A stretch of 55,571 nt of DNA, filler included, from Piptocephalis cylindrospora (lineage: Eukaryota), in the NCBI GenBank assembly GCA_003614145.1. It is 3 parts of 3 records of this genome, joined end to end, with 100 filler letters (N's around TTAATTAATTAA, not from the genome) between each part and the next. Parts side by side here need not be neighbours in the genome. Positions count along the whole stretch, not along the records: positions 18,642 to 37,127 come from KZ987835.1; positions 37,228 to 55,571 come from KZ987836.1; 1 more part is not named here. One strand, written 5' to 3'. The notes under the pieces are model-generated. The model saw nothing but the letters and a program-made list of their open reading frames with translations, did no database searches and was not told the DNA's origin. A program made the translations under genes and the position numbers. Below are positions 35,092 through 47,281 of the stretch, piece after piece; positions within the stretch are counted from its first letter, which is position 1, and the number at the start of each line of letters is the position of its first letter.

Positions 35092-37076
35092 TTAAACTTC
35101 GAATAAAACCCCATTTTCCCCGTTTTCCCCAGAATCCCCGACTCCTCCGTCTGTGGTGACATGGCCAGGAGAGGGAAGGGTGACCTCGCCATCATTAATG
35201 ATCTTCTCGGCCGGATCCAGATTGGGATGACTAGCAAGACCCACAATGGTGGAGGGGTCCATATTGGCTGAGTAGGGATGGGTGACGGCGACGCGACGTC
35301 TTTCCATCAATCGATGCTCCGGGAGGACGGCAGTCTTGATCCAATCATCATGGGCTTGCTGGTCACTGGCTCCAGGTCCAGGGCTTTCCCCAGCCCCTCC
35401 CTCTCCCTTGTGAAGAAGGGCCTTCATCCACCCCGCAGTGATCCTTAGGGCCCCCTTGGCTTCAGGTAGGATGGGGAGCATGGTGAAGAAACCGTGACTA
35501 ATGCCCTTGATCAACTGTAGATGCACCTCATCTCCCTTTCCTCCCAATTCCCCACCCTCTTGAGCTGAGGAGGCGGGACGAGAGTAAGACCGCTTGGCCT
35601 TGGCGGCCCGCATCCTACCGGCAAAGACAACAGAGTCATCGACGAATGGATCTTTTTCCCCGCATAAAAGATATATGGGGGGAAATTGGGCTAGGAGATG
35701 GTCAGGGGCTACTATGGGGGATAGTAGGTAATTTTTCTCAAAATCTGGTCGATGATTTGGGCCAATGTAAAGGATGGCCATAGATCGCATCTAATGGAAT
35801 TATGGGAGATGGGATGAGGGATTTATGCATCAAACAGTATCATCATCACCCATTAGGTCTTACCAGCTCAGAAGGAAGGATTCGGTCCGAGATGTAGCTG
35901 GTGCGGGAGCTCATCATTAATCGGGTCCCCACACGGCCAGGATCCCTTCTAGGAGCCTGGTTCTCTCCATCCATCCACTTGCGGGCGGTTCCCTCTACCC
36001 TCTCACTGAGGGAAAGACTCCTCCTACCTCTCCATCGACTGACGGTGTCTGGGATGAGGGCTAAGGGACTATTGTGGGCCATGTGGTCCTTAGCCTCGAG
36101 GAGCCCCGGAAGCTCTAGGGAGGACTCCGTGCGTAGAACAGTGGAGGATTCCTCGGACATCCAGGCGGAGATGCGAAAGTCGAGACACGGATACACGAGG
36201 ACCAAGCCGCTAGGATGACGAATTTTCCCGGGGTCCTCAATGATCTTGAGCATGACCCCGGAGGCCAGATTCCCCCCGGCTGAATCCCCAAAGAAAATGA
36301 CACGAAGAGGCTCTGACCCCTCCATGTTCATGCCGAGGCAGGCGCCATTTGAGGCAATGATCTGAGTGTATGCCTCAAAGCATTCCTCTAGGGCCCAAGG
36401 GAAGGGGTATTCGGGTGCTTTTCCATAATCAACGCTAACTATGGTCTTGCCTGAAAGTTTGGCTGATTGTCGAAGACAATCATCATGACAGTCAGGACTC
36501 ATGGAGACAAAGCCGCCTCCAGGGAAATTGAGGACCAGTTCGACGGTGTGGACCAATGTGGAGGGTGGGCCAGGGTGAAAGAGATACAAAGTGATGGGGG
36601 CCAAGTGAGGATTGCTCCGAGGGAGGCATATCTTGCGGACCAAGCCCATACTGGGCCTTTCGAGGATATTAAGAAAACGGATGATGGGGTTCCTACCCCG
36701 TTCCATGGAAGTGCGGATCTGTTCGACAGTCAGGGTGGCCCTATACTTTCTGGATACCTCGTCGGCTTGATCGGCAAAGACGAGGAAGTAGATGGAGAAG
36801 AGGCAGGAAAAGAAATGGCGAGCCCATATGGGCCGAATGTTCATGGCGGTCCAGAAGCCCGCATCGGTTGCCGTGAAGATCCATGAGGCACGGTAAAAGT
36901 TACGGGAGTAGACGCGAGCCATGGGCTCTGGAGGATTGAGCCCTAGAAGCAGGAGGGCGTTACGCAGGAGGTGGATGCACAAAAGAGTTCCCAAGATAAT
37001 TTGCCAAGGGGTGGACGAGCGTAAACGGGTGCTGAAGCGAGCTAGAAAGGCCGGCGGTCTTCCCTGACGCATTGAC
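35092..37076 (-). CDS. Hormone-sensitive-lipase-like alpha/beta hydrolase (GDXG family); first exon missing, probably in the gap
   Basis: PGGGF oxyanion motif, SVDYGKAPEYPFP, GDSAGG, EKDPFVDD, HGF. Splice acceptor at 37077; one intron at about 35791-35863. Confidence 0.9.
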
Positions 37077-37127
37077 CTAAGGCTGCGAGGGTGAAATGGA
37101 ATGAGTGGGAGTAAAAGGTCTGGGTCC

Positions 37128-37227
37128 NNNNNNNNNNNNNNNNNNNNNNNNNNNNNNNNNNNNNNNNNNNNTTAATTAATTAANNNNNNNNNNNNNNNNN
37201 NNNNNNNNNNNNNNNNNNNNNNNNNNN
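37128..37227. other. Scaffold gap with artificial TTAATTAATTAA linker
   Basis: 100-nt block of N with the central linker. Confidence 0.97.
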
Positions 37228-37282
37228 AATGGGTCCCTCTATGGGATGGACAGGATGATGGGGGGAGGGGGGTACTCAACTG
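37228..37282 (-). repeat. 55-bp perfect inverted repeat, left copy (partner 39173-39227)
   Basis: Its reverse complement, CAGTTGAGTACCCCCCTCCCCCCATCATCCTGTCCATCCCATAGAGGGACCCATT, is identical to 39173-39227. Confidence 0.97.
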
Positions 37283-37534
37283 TTCAAAGCACACGCGGCA
37301 AAACTGGTCCTTGCAACCCTGGAGACAGAAATCGAGATAGCGATCAAAGCAGATGGAGCATCTCTCTGTATAGTAAGACATACTTTCGGGCCCAGGAGAG
37401 GGAGAATCGGACTCGGAGGTCTCAGGGACTCCCGGGGTCCCGGCTTCCTGAGGATGATCCACCTCAGGAGAGGAGGTGATCGTCGATGGGTTGGAGGTGG
37501 TGGTATGAAGGGACAATTCGGCTCCCTGTGTCAT
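37281..37534 (-). CDS. Exon 1 of the RBR E3 ubiquitin ligase (first half of RING1), opposite in orientation to the rest of the gene
   Basis: CSICFDRYLDFCLQGCKDQFCRVCFEQ ends in phase 2 and joins in frame to YVRQLVKQSWGLTPCPLTCPVC at 39259 (+). Confidence 0.8.
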
Positions 37535-39172
37535 CTTTTCTTTGGAGGAAATGGATGATGAAATGCGTGGGGGAAGGGGGGTGAATGGAGGGTAGAAAGA
37601 ATGGCAGGATACGATGAGATGAGGGCAGAGTGGAGTGAGTGGAAAGAAGGCGCTTTTTTTGACTTTACAAAGCGAGAAAGCCTACAAGAAATGTAATGAG
37701 ATGGAAGAGTGGAGAGAATGGGGAAGGAAAAAAGGGAAGGTGTGACGTGAGAACAGCCGGGAGAGTGGGAATTCTAGTCTGGGCTGAGAAGGGCCGGCCT
37801 ATTTCTACTCTTCCAGGGTAGCCCGTCATCTACTCTCCCTCTCACTCTCCCTCCCTCCCCCTCCCCTTCAGTCTGCCGAGGTGGGAGACGAGATGAAATG
37901 ATGGTGGGTGTATTCGCTGATGAATCCAGTGCGGATAGGGCGAATGAGCGCTTCCTCGTCGTGCCTGAGAGGCCTGCTCCCCTTCCCTTCCTCCTTCTCC
38001 TCTTTCCTCGCACCACCCAGCTCTCACCTGACGCCCCTCCACTCCACGGTCCCTTTGGCCTCTTGGATGCGCCTGAATCTGCTTCACTACCACTGCCACC
38101 ACGTCATCCTGAATGAACAACACCTCGGGGACACGGGTGTGTTTTGGCTTGTCTATCCCTGCTGGCCCTCCACCCTTGGTTGCTCAAACATCTTTCAACA
38201 TTCACTGCCCGTCATATTGACCAGTCCCTCCCGCAGTCACCGTCAAAGTCCGAAAGGATTCTGTCAGCGCAGCCGTCGGATGAGAATGGGACTTGTCCCA
38301 CCTAGTTCAATCCTATTCTTCTTCTAAACCGCCCTCATAAATCATAAGGTATTGGGGACTGGAGATGTAAGTAGTTCATCGCCTCCCACAATAGGGATAT
38401 AGAGATGCTGGTCCCACTCGGGAATGGAGGAAGAAACCGAGCGACAAGACCATTACGAAGCATACAGGGGCCAGAGTGTGTGCCACACGACCCCTTGATC
38501 CTGCCTGCCTACTCACCCCCCCTCCCACTGGAGGGCCTTGCACGTGACCAACCATGGGCGGCCTCTTTCCATTGGTTCCTCCTTCGTCCAATGGAGGGCC
38601 ATTGGTCCTGAAAGGGCCAGTCCAAGAGAAAGATCACATGCGGAGAATGAACTGGTCTTTCGTCTATTGAAGTGAGATGAAACACTAATTGAATTCCACG
38701 CGAAAACCTCCTTTGAAAATGCCACTTTTCAAGATGCTACCCAGTGGGGAGAGGGATGGAAGAATTACGGGTCCAGAACCAAAAATGCTTCCCTTTTGTC
38801 ATGCCTCGGTTCACTCGAGTGCAAATGGGGTCCCCCTCAAAGGCAACTAGTTTCTTAACACCCACCATGCCCCAGTCGCTCCCATACGCACGCTTTATTA
38901 GGAAAGTCGAAGGGATGTCATGGTGAAGGCGAGAGGGGGGGGGTGGGGGGGGGGGGGGGGGGGCACGAGGGGGACGACACCGGGAGAGCGCCTGGGAGGG
39001 GACCAACAACAACCTCGCTCTTCACATGGTGGGCGCAAAGTATCAAGAAGGGCTATTGATCAAGGAATGTTGCATTCAAGTTCCAAGCTTCCCTGATCCT
39101 CCACCTCATGCCTGGGACAAAAGGAAGGGGGCTCAAGGGCACATTAATGAGGGAGCACCACGCGAACGGGGG

Positions 39173-39227
39173 CAGTTGAGTACCCCCCTCCCCCCATCAT
39201 CCTGTCCATCCCATAGAGGGACCCATT
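39173..39227 (+). repeat. 55-bp perfect inverted repeat, right copy (last 2 exon nt plus the 5' part of RBR intron 1)
   Basis: Identical to the reverse complement of 37228-37282. Confidence 0.97.
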
Positions 39228-39258
39228 CTATGTTCAACCTCTCCCCCCTCTGATTTAG

Positions 39259-41207
39259 ATATGTCCGGCAGCTCGTCAAGCAAAGCTGGGGCCTTACCCC
39301 ATGCCCTCTCACTTGTCCCGTGTGCAAGGATGTTCTCCCCATTCAGGAGTGGAAGATGGTAAGTGGAATGAACCTCTATCTCTGTGACTGCATACGGGGG
39401 GGGGGGCTGTTTGCCTTCTCATCCCATATTTTCCCTCCTCCCGAAACGGGTATAGTATGTCTCTCGAGACTTAGCAGAGCAGTACCAGACGCTCAATAGA
39501 CCCTTTAGGCCTTTTTTACGGTACTGCTCTAGCTGTGCCAGTCCCGTCGAGGTCATCCCTCCCCCTTTGCATTTGGATCTCGAGGGGGACAAAGGTGATG
39601 AGCGTAAAAGGTAGGGCCATATCTCAATGAGTAGCTCCTTATCGGAAGAGGAGGATTTCTATAACACTATTGCAAACATGGTCCTTCCCATGGTCTAGGG
39701 TGACGGATCAGGTGACGCGTGACCTCCATCATCGTCTTTCTCTCCCGATTCCTGGAAAGGAGGGGGATGAGAGGGTGACTCCGTCTCATCTATGTGATCT
39801 CTTACAGAGGAGGATACAGGACCTCTCTGCCCGTAAGGAGAATAACGCCAATGGAGAAGAAGATGATGTCTTGGGGATACTACATGCTGTCACAAGGCTG
39901 TTTCAAGCCGATAGGTAAAGTCGAGATCATAGACTTCCTTCTTAGAGTAAGCATTGACACTTTCTCCCTCGTAGAGATCGGCGCAAGGAAAGTATGAAGC
40001 GGTCGGCCAAAGGAAGCAAAGAGGAGTGCTTTCAAGCCCTCGCCCTTTCCTCACCATCTAAGAGAAAACGGGGGGAAACGGCTCAAGGAACCCCTGACTC
40101 CACCTGTGACGTCCCTCTCCTCAACCAAGGGAAAAGGGAGGCTTCAAAATTAGCACGAAAGGCCTTGGATGATTGCTTGGACCTAGAGGTACGCATCATC
40201 CAGCGCCTTTCCACCTTGGAAACCCAGGAAGTCTCTTGGAGAAAAGCCCAATTCCTACGCATCTCCCTCTATCCTCGTTCCACATGGTAAGGCTCCATCC
40301 CTCTTTCCCCCTAGGCTTTATGATCATCCATCTCATTCTCCTATGACCGCCTGGATGCTGGCTTATAGCGTTGCGTGTAACACCAAAATGTGTCTTCAGT
40401 GCGGAGAAACCACTCACCACCGGTCCAGGACATGTCAACAGTACCTGGAAAAGCGCGCAAAGTCTCGGGGTAAGACACCCGAGGGAAAGGACCTTCTTTG
40501 GACTCTGAAGAACAGGTATTTCCTTCTTTTCCTGTCAGAGACTAGGGTGACCCGTCTCCGTCTCCGTTCCCGCTTCCATATCCTTTTCCCTCCCTCACCT
40601 TTCTTGGAGTATGTGCGGATGATTCCTCTCAATTTAGTAAATCATGTCCACAATGTCATGTACTGATCGAGCGGGATGCCGGTTGCCATCGTGTCGATTG
40701 CGCCTATTGTGGTTATAGTTTTTGCTGGGTGTGTCAGTCCTCTTGGGGGGAAAAGGTATTGCGTGATGGGTGAGGATGGGATGTACTGGAATGAGGAGAT
40801 GCTGAGGATCAGGTAAGGATCATTTCTTACCCTCCTTCCCCAACCTCCTCTATCCTGATGGGGAGTTAGTGTGGATTCTTCTCATGTGCCCTCCAGGAGG
40901 AGACGGATGTCGGGTCGGGTAATTCCAGCGCCTCAGAGTCAGATCATGATGATATGAGAGATGCAGCTTCCACCCAACTTTCAAGGGGTAGCTCAGGTCG
41001 GCTAAAGCGGTCCAAGACCAAGGTGGTAGAGTTCAGGGAGCAAGTGGTAGGTGGAAGTATGAGCGAGTAGTGTCATTCCCTCCTGATCCCCTTCTCCTTT
41101 CTACTATCGTATCTCTTGTAGCCAGAGGCTGGTGTGCCTGATGTCGAGAGGATCCTAACTCGTCGGATTTCCCTTCGTCTCCCCTCCCTTCCCCCCAATC
41201 CTCCTGA
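39259..41207 (+). CDS. RBR (RING-IBR-RING) E3 ubiquitin ligase, exon 2 to the end
   Basis: End of RING1 (LTCPVC); IBR (CNTKMCLQCGETTHHRSRTC); RING2 (KSCPQCHVLIERDAGCHRVDCAYCGYSFCWVC) including the catalytic-position Cys; GT-AG introns. Confidence 0.85.
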
Positions 41208-41365
41208 GCCACCAGAGACAGAGTGATGCATGCCTCCTCCCCTCTCCCTCGTGTTGGCCTCCTTTTGCTCTTCTCTGCATTTCCCGTATTGTTCTCTAAT
41301 ACATCAGTCTCTGTGTGCGCGCAGTTACTCTTCTGCCTTTGGCGTGTATTGTCAATTTCAATCAA

Positions 41366-42241
41366 TCAATCGTCCCACTCGTAAAGGGTGTGGTGCATTG
41401 TCCAATCCAGGGAGGCTTTGAAACCAGTGACTGGAAGGGTAATGTTTGTGGAGTCCACCTCAAATCGGTTCCAGAGTTTGGTGCTAAGGGTCACATTGGC
41501 CTGCACAGTTTGGATCGAGGTGGGGGTGCTGAAGCGATAGATCTCCTTGTTGAGGGCGGCCATGCCCAAGACCTCGGTCTGGATGGCGGACATAAGGACG
41601 GGAGGCAGGGTAATGGGATGACCATCAGATGTAACGGTAGAAGAGATGGGCTCAGCCGTGAAATTGGCCGTGGCAATACCCGCAGCATCCTGGCTGGAAA
41701 GGCTGTAAGAGGTCTCGGTGGCGCTGATGAAGCCATAGTCGACAGGAGCATGTACCGAGTGAGGAATCCGCTTCTTCTGCCTTTTGCTATTCGTCCAATG
41801 GGCCAGACGCAGACCGACCAAGGTGTTTTCCTCCTTTCCCATTTTCATGGCCCAGGGAAGGGTGACCTTGACCTCGCGAAACGTCTTGAGCGAGGCATGG
41901 ATATTGGCCCAGCCCGTATTAATCGCCCTCCCAAGCTGCACTAGAGCGTAGGTTTCATTGTCGGGAAGTTCCGGGGCATAGGGCCCAAAGTCCTGGGGCT
42001 TAAAGTGCTTTGATGGGCTCTCCAGGACAAAGTTGGTGGGGACAGTGGAATTGATGAGGCTACGGGGTACGGGCACAAGGGCAAAGAAGGCATTGATGGT
42101 ACCGGAGAAGGGGTCAGCCTTTCGAGGGATGACCCCATCTGGGATGGGTTCAGGGAAAAGGTTTCCTACGACGCCTGAGGTAGCACCGAGAAGGAGGAGA
42201 AGGGAGGAGGCAAGAAGGGGATAGGAGCCTGAGCGGAGCAT
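41366..42241 (-). CDS. Putative secreted protein of unknown function (291 aa, intronless)
   Basis: Signal-like MLRSGSYPLLASSLLLLLGATSG; several N-x-S/T sequons (NST, NET, NFT, NVT, NIT); beta-rich composition. Confidence 0.75.
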   Translation of the reverse strand: MLRSGSYPLLASSLLLLLGATSGVVGNLFPEPIPDGVIPRKADPFSGTINAFFALVPVPRSLINSTVPTNFVLESPSKHFKPQDFGPYAPELPDNETYALVQLGRAINTGWANIHASLKTFREVKVTLPWAMKMGKEENTLVGLRLAHWTNSKRQKKRIPHSVHAPVDYGFISATETSYSLSSQDAAGIATANFTAEPISSTVTSDGHPITLPPVLMSAIQTEVLGMAALNKEIYRFSTPTSIQTVQANVTLSTKLWNRFEVDSTNITLPVTGFKASLDWTMHHTLYEWDD

Positions 42242-42999
42242 AGCGAGGTTGGGGAGGAGGAGGGGGAGGGACGGTTCGAGAAAGGCCAGAGCTTCACGTG
42301 GAGGGGGCGTCAAGCTGGGAGAGATAAAGTAGTGATGTGAATAGTGTCAGAAAGACAGGATCGTGGGATAGGAAGGAGGGTCTGGATAACGTGAAGAAGG
42401 GGAGTGGGGGTGGCTGGGAGGTAGGTTGATACTGTGGCTGCTTAAGGGAGAGTCAGGGGAGAAGCTGAAGCGTAGGTATCGTGGAACTAGAGAGGAGCAA
42501 GGGTACGTAAGGGAATTGATAGAAAAGGAGAGAGAGAGAGGAAAGGGAGGAAGGAAGAAAGGAAAGAAGGAGAGGGTGGAAGGTAGTGGGGTGAATACTG
42601 ATTAGTACCTTTAATGGCGATGAGGCGGAGTTTGAAACAGGGGCGGAGTCGTAATAATAGAATGGAACGATATGGACAAGGGTGTGTTATGTGAGAGAGA
42701 CCAAGACTCATCTGGTAGGGTACCAAAAAGGGAAGCGAGAGCTACTTTATGCCTTGGAATACTGCTCCTATCTCGTTGTTGGAAAATTTATTGTCTCATG
42801 GTGAAAATGCACCCAAAAGATCAGCTGCTCCTATTTCCATTAATGTGCTTGATATTAGCGATTTATTTTGTCAATTTAGCCGTCATAAAAGATGTCCCTG
42901 GCCATTATGGGGACGTGTTTCCTGATGAAAGCCTATACAGGAGAGAAAGAAGGGGTGTATGGGTGGGTTCTGCACGGCTGGCCCATCTTGGCCTTTCTT

Positions 43000-44212
43000 C
43001 TACTCGTTATCATGGATCGCCTTTTCTCGGTCCTCCCCATGAGAGGGAGGGCCCAGCTTCGCATGGTTGGCCTTGTGGATGCGACAGGTATTTTGATGTC
43101 GAATTAAGTTCCACATGTAGCCAAAGGAATTCCCACATCCATCTGGAGGGGTACATATCCATGGTTTGGACTTGGGGGGACGGGCGGGCTTGGAGACATC
43201 CTTGATGGGGACGTCCGAGGTCGGCGGAGTCTTTCGTTTTCCGTGATTCTGTAGCTCTTTTTCTTTAGAGGAGTTTATCTTTTCTATTAAGGAGGATGAA
43301 GGGGAGAGAATGAGAAGGTTAGGGACAAGGAGTATGAGTAAGTAGGATACCTTGATTCCAAGGACCCGATGGAACTTACTAGAAATGTCACCCTTTGGGA
43401 GAGAGGGCTGATCAGGATCACCATGAGCCTTGATCAGATGCTCATCCAAGATTTTCTTGGCTGCATAGATACAACGGCACTTGGGACATCGATAGGGCCA
43501 CCACCGGCTATGGTAACGGAGATGACGAGCTAGATAGCTGGGGGCGGTAAAGGCCTTACTGTGGAGACGACAGTCCTTCCAGCGACAGAGTAGCGGGTCA
43601 TCCGAGATTTTAGGGAGGTGGGAGGAGATGACGTGATCATGAAGTTCCCTGGCCCCATCAAATTGGACATAGCAATTGTACCACTGACATTGGGTGGGAT
43701 GGAGATCACCAGGGATAACATGGTCGACGAAATGATTGGTGGTGTTGGACGGAGGGGGTGGGGAAAGTGTGTCTACCGGGACCGGGACAGATCGATGTTC
43801 CGGGAGGGGGGGGAGGAAGAGGGGCTGAGGAAAGATGGGAGGGGGTGGCCGAGGGATACATACAATGGTATAGGCCTCGGTAGGGGAGGCGGGCCTGGGG
43901 GCCAAGGTAGAATGGAGTCAGGGTCTTACCAGGGAGAATTGGGCTCGTCAAGACTAAGCTCTTGGTGTGACCAGAGATAAATGATTGATTGCACTTGGAG
44001 GGAGGGGTAGGGCGATGGGTGAGTTGGACGAGGCGAGGAACCGAACTTTGTACTTCCCCTGGAGAGGGGATGGTCGACATCGGGATCTCTGAGGACCTTT
44101 CTAACCCAGAGCTCTTGGAGACCTCCTTAGTAGGAGCGATAGCACACGCTTCGGTTATGTCCTGCAGCTCTGGACCTTGGTATTCCACGGGCTGATCTAA
44201 AGACATTGACAT
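43000..44212 (-). CDS. C2H2 zinc-finger protein with tandem CxW..C (GLI/ZIC/PacC-type) fingers (introns at about 43773-43930 and 43284-43379)
   Basis: CQWYNC..F....L..HV...H; CRWKDC...F.....LARHLRYH; PYRCPKC...L..HL...H; C-terminal CTPPDGCGNSF....NLIRHQNTC. Confidence 0.82.
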
Positions 44213-45351
44213 GGGTAGTTGAGCAAATGAAACGACGGATGTGTCGAAACTGGGGGAGTGGGGAGGGAGGAGGAAGAAGAGACGTGTTGAGCATAGGGAG
44301 AGGATGAAGAGACCCACATCAACAGTACTGCAGGCGAATACATGATATGTTGTGTGGGAGATACTGAAGCAAGGCGCGTCAAGTCCGCGTTTAGGTGTGG
44401 AAATTTGTATTCCGGGGGGGATAGACTCAACAGTAGCATGGCCCGGGCGCACGCGTCTTTTCATTACTCCTCAGAAATACTAGCCAGGTCCCCCATCCTT
44501 GATTGAGGATATCCAGAGTATGCACGCTTTATACACAGGATGATGGCTTGCGCTGGATAATAAGAGTGCTTTTAAAATGACGGTCTGTGTCCAAGTCAGC
44601 CAGGCTCCTTTCCTAGACTGACTGTTCATCTACCGATGATGTCTCGGCAGACGGTCGAGAGGCGAGGGGGGAGCCTCATTGTTGTATACAAACATGAGAT
44701 GAGTGGGTGTGTACATGACCGACTGACTTCGTCATGACATGACCTCTAGGCTCTCCTCTCCATCTTAGCTATATTAACCAACCATCTATTGGTAAATTAT
44801 GGATCGGTCGGCATACATTTTGATCCAATGCCTCTAGTAGCAGTAGCAGTGTCAACAACAACAACGACCATTGCCTCCCCTTTATTCCCCCATCTTTGAC
44901 CTGCTCCTAGCTGTGCTAAACTGCGATTTCCCTTCATCACACAGATGCCGTGTGATCAAAGTTTATCCTAGGCTGGATGAACTGGGATCCGTCGTTTTGG
45001 TCCACCCATTCAACCCACGCCCTGCTACCTCTCCCTTTTTTTCACACACAATCACTATAAAGGGAAGGGTATGGAATAACCACCGAGTCAGGCCCCAATA
45101 GGGTCCAGCTTTTCAGCGTCTGCTTGAAAATTTAGTGAGAGAATATATTGAAAGTATTTAAAGCATCAAACTTCCTCTCAGAGTCGGAGATGATCTTTCC
45201 AGAGCAGTGTTGCTAAGTATATGTATATTTCTCTGTGTGTGGATTCTTCTTCTCTCATGTTCTAGCCACTGTTTCTATCATTCTGTTTGATCTTCTGCCT
45301 TATCTCCTCTCCTCTCCTACTTGTCCTTCTTTCTTCCTTCCCCTCTCGCCA

Positions 45352-45440
45352 TCTCTCTCTTCTCCCCTCTCTTTCGCCCTCTCTCTCTTCTCCCCTCTCT
45401 TTCGCCCTCTCTCTCTTCTCCCTCCTCTCTTTCCCCTCTC
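45352..45440 (+). repeat. About 28-bp CT-rich minisatellite (about 3 copies) upstream of the GH47 gene
   Basis: Unit CTCTCTCTCTTCTCCCCTCTCTTTCGCC; the third copy is degenerate. Confidence 0.75.
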
Positions 45441-45514
45441 CCCCCCCCTCCGCCCCTCTCTTCTCCCCTCTCCTCTTCCTCGCATCTCGTACAACGCTGG
45501 TCAACGTACACACT

Positions 45515-47281
45515 ATGCTGACAAGTTTTCTTAATCTAAAGAAACGTCCCTTCCTCTTGGGAGGTATACTGGCTCTCAACTTTTACGTTGTACTCTTATG
45601 GTTTTGGACTCCGGCAAGGAAAATCCTCATGCCAAATCACTTGGGGGAGCATATCTCAGGTAAACCCCTTGCTTTGCCCATTGTTCCTGTCTATCTTAAC
45701 GAACTCTCATTGCTCCTGTGCATCCGATAGATTTGTCAAACGAGGACGACAGTGCATTGTGGGCTGAACGTAGACAGGTCGTACGGGATGTGGTACGGGA
45801 TGGGTGGTCAAGGTATAGGCGGGATGCCTGGGGTAGTGATGAGTATAAGCCCATCTCCCATACGGGTCACAACCTGACTTCGGCAGGGGGCGTTGGTTTT
45901 GGCATTGTCGACGCCTTGGATCTCTTTCTCATGCTGGATCTGAAGACAGAGTACGAGGATGCCCTATCCTGGACGCTGAACGAGCTGACCTTTGAATTGG
46001 ACGACTCCTATAGCGTCTTCGAGACCACCATCCGTGTCCTCGGCGGCCTTCTCTCCGCCTATCATATGATGGGGGAGAAGGAGCCTAGGCTTCTGCATAA
46101 GGCAGAGGACCTGGCCAGCCGCTTGGCCGGGGCCTTTAACACGGATTCGGGCATTCCCTCCAGCAAGATCAACCTGAAAACCCGGTACCCCTTCCTTGAC
46201 ATTTCCACCAATTCTCTGAGTGAGGTGGGGACTTTACAACTGGAGTTTAGATATCTGTCTCAGCTCACCGGGAACATGACATATGCTCGCCTCGTCAACC
46301 ATTGCATGGATTTCCTGGCGGAGAAGGAGCCAGAAAACAGTGTGTATCCCCTGAATATTGACATCCACTCTGGAGCAATGTTTGGAACCTTCCTCTCCAT
46401 CGGAGCCCGTGCAGATAGCTTCTACGAATACTTGCTCAAGCAGTGGTTGCAATCCAATGGAACGGATGATCGTGCATTGAAGATGCACCATCGGTCCACT
46501 CAAGGTATTGAGAAAAGATTGATCGAATATACTCCCGAGTCCAATCTGTTGTATGTATCCGACTGGGATGGGATGTACTCTACCCACTCCATGGAGCATC
46601 TGGCATGCTTTTACGCCGGACACCTCTCCCTCAGTTACCTCTATGCCCATGGTGAGGGTTTCTGGAGGGATCAAATCCGGGCCGAGCACGACCTTCGCAT
46701 CGGCGAGGCTCTTGGGGAAACATGCTACCAGTCATATCATCGGACCAAGACTGGTCTTGGCCCTGACCGAATGATGTTTCGTTCCAATGATCGGTGGAAT
46801 GATAATGTTCAGAATGGAAGCGACCCCGACTTTATCTTTGACCAACATGATACCACCGATCGCTCCTCCTATCGACTTCGACCCGAGACCATCGAATCCT
46901 TCTTCCTTCTTTGGCGGGCCACTGGAGATAATGTTTGGAGGTAAGCGGCAGAAGACTGAAAGGGCTATTAGACAATGGTATGTCATAACCCGTACCCCCG
47001 CTCACTCTCTCCTCCTTTTTAGGGAAAGAGGCTGGGAGGTGTTCCAATCCATTTTGAGATCTACCAAGCTTTCCGATGGAGGGTATGCTACCGTCCGTAA
47101 CGTGGATGTATTTCCGCCTTCGCATGATGATATTACCGAGACGTTCTTTTACGCCGAAACCTTGAAATATCTCTACCTCTTGTTTGGGCCTACTGACCTT
47201 TTCCCGCTAGATCGGTATGTCTTTACCACAGAGGCTCACCCCCTGCCTATCTTTACTCCCAAAGAGGGAGTTCTCGTATGA
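45515..47281 (+). CDS. MNS1: GH47 alpha-1,2-mannosidase, type II membrane protein (introns at about 45660-45730 and 46941-47022)
   Basis: N-terminal TM segment; WGSDEYKPIS, SVFETTIRVLGGLLSAY, EVGTLQLEF, GARADSFYEYLLK, LRPETIES, ETFFYAETLKYLYLLF, TTEAHPL. Confidence 0.93.

Noticed and set aside
37228..39227. Inverted repeats as transposon terminal inverted repeats
   Set aside because: The repeat is the RBR exon/intron junction itself, there is no transposase inside, and no target-site duplication is visible.
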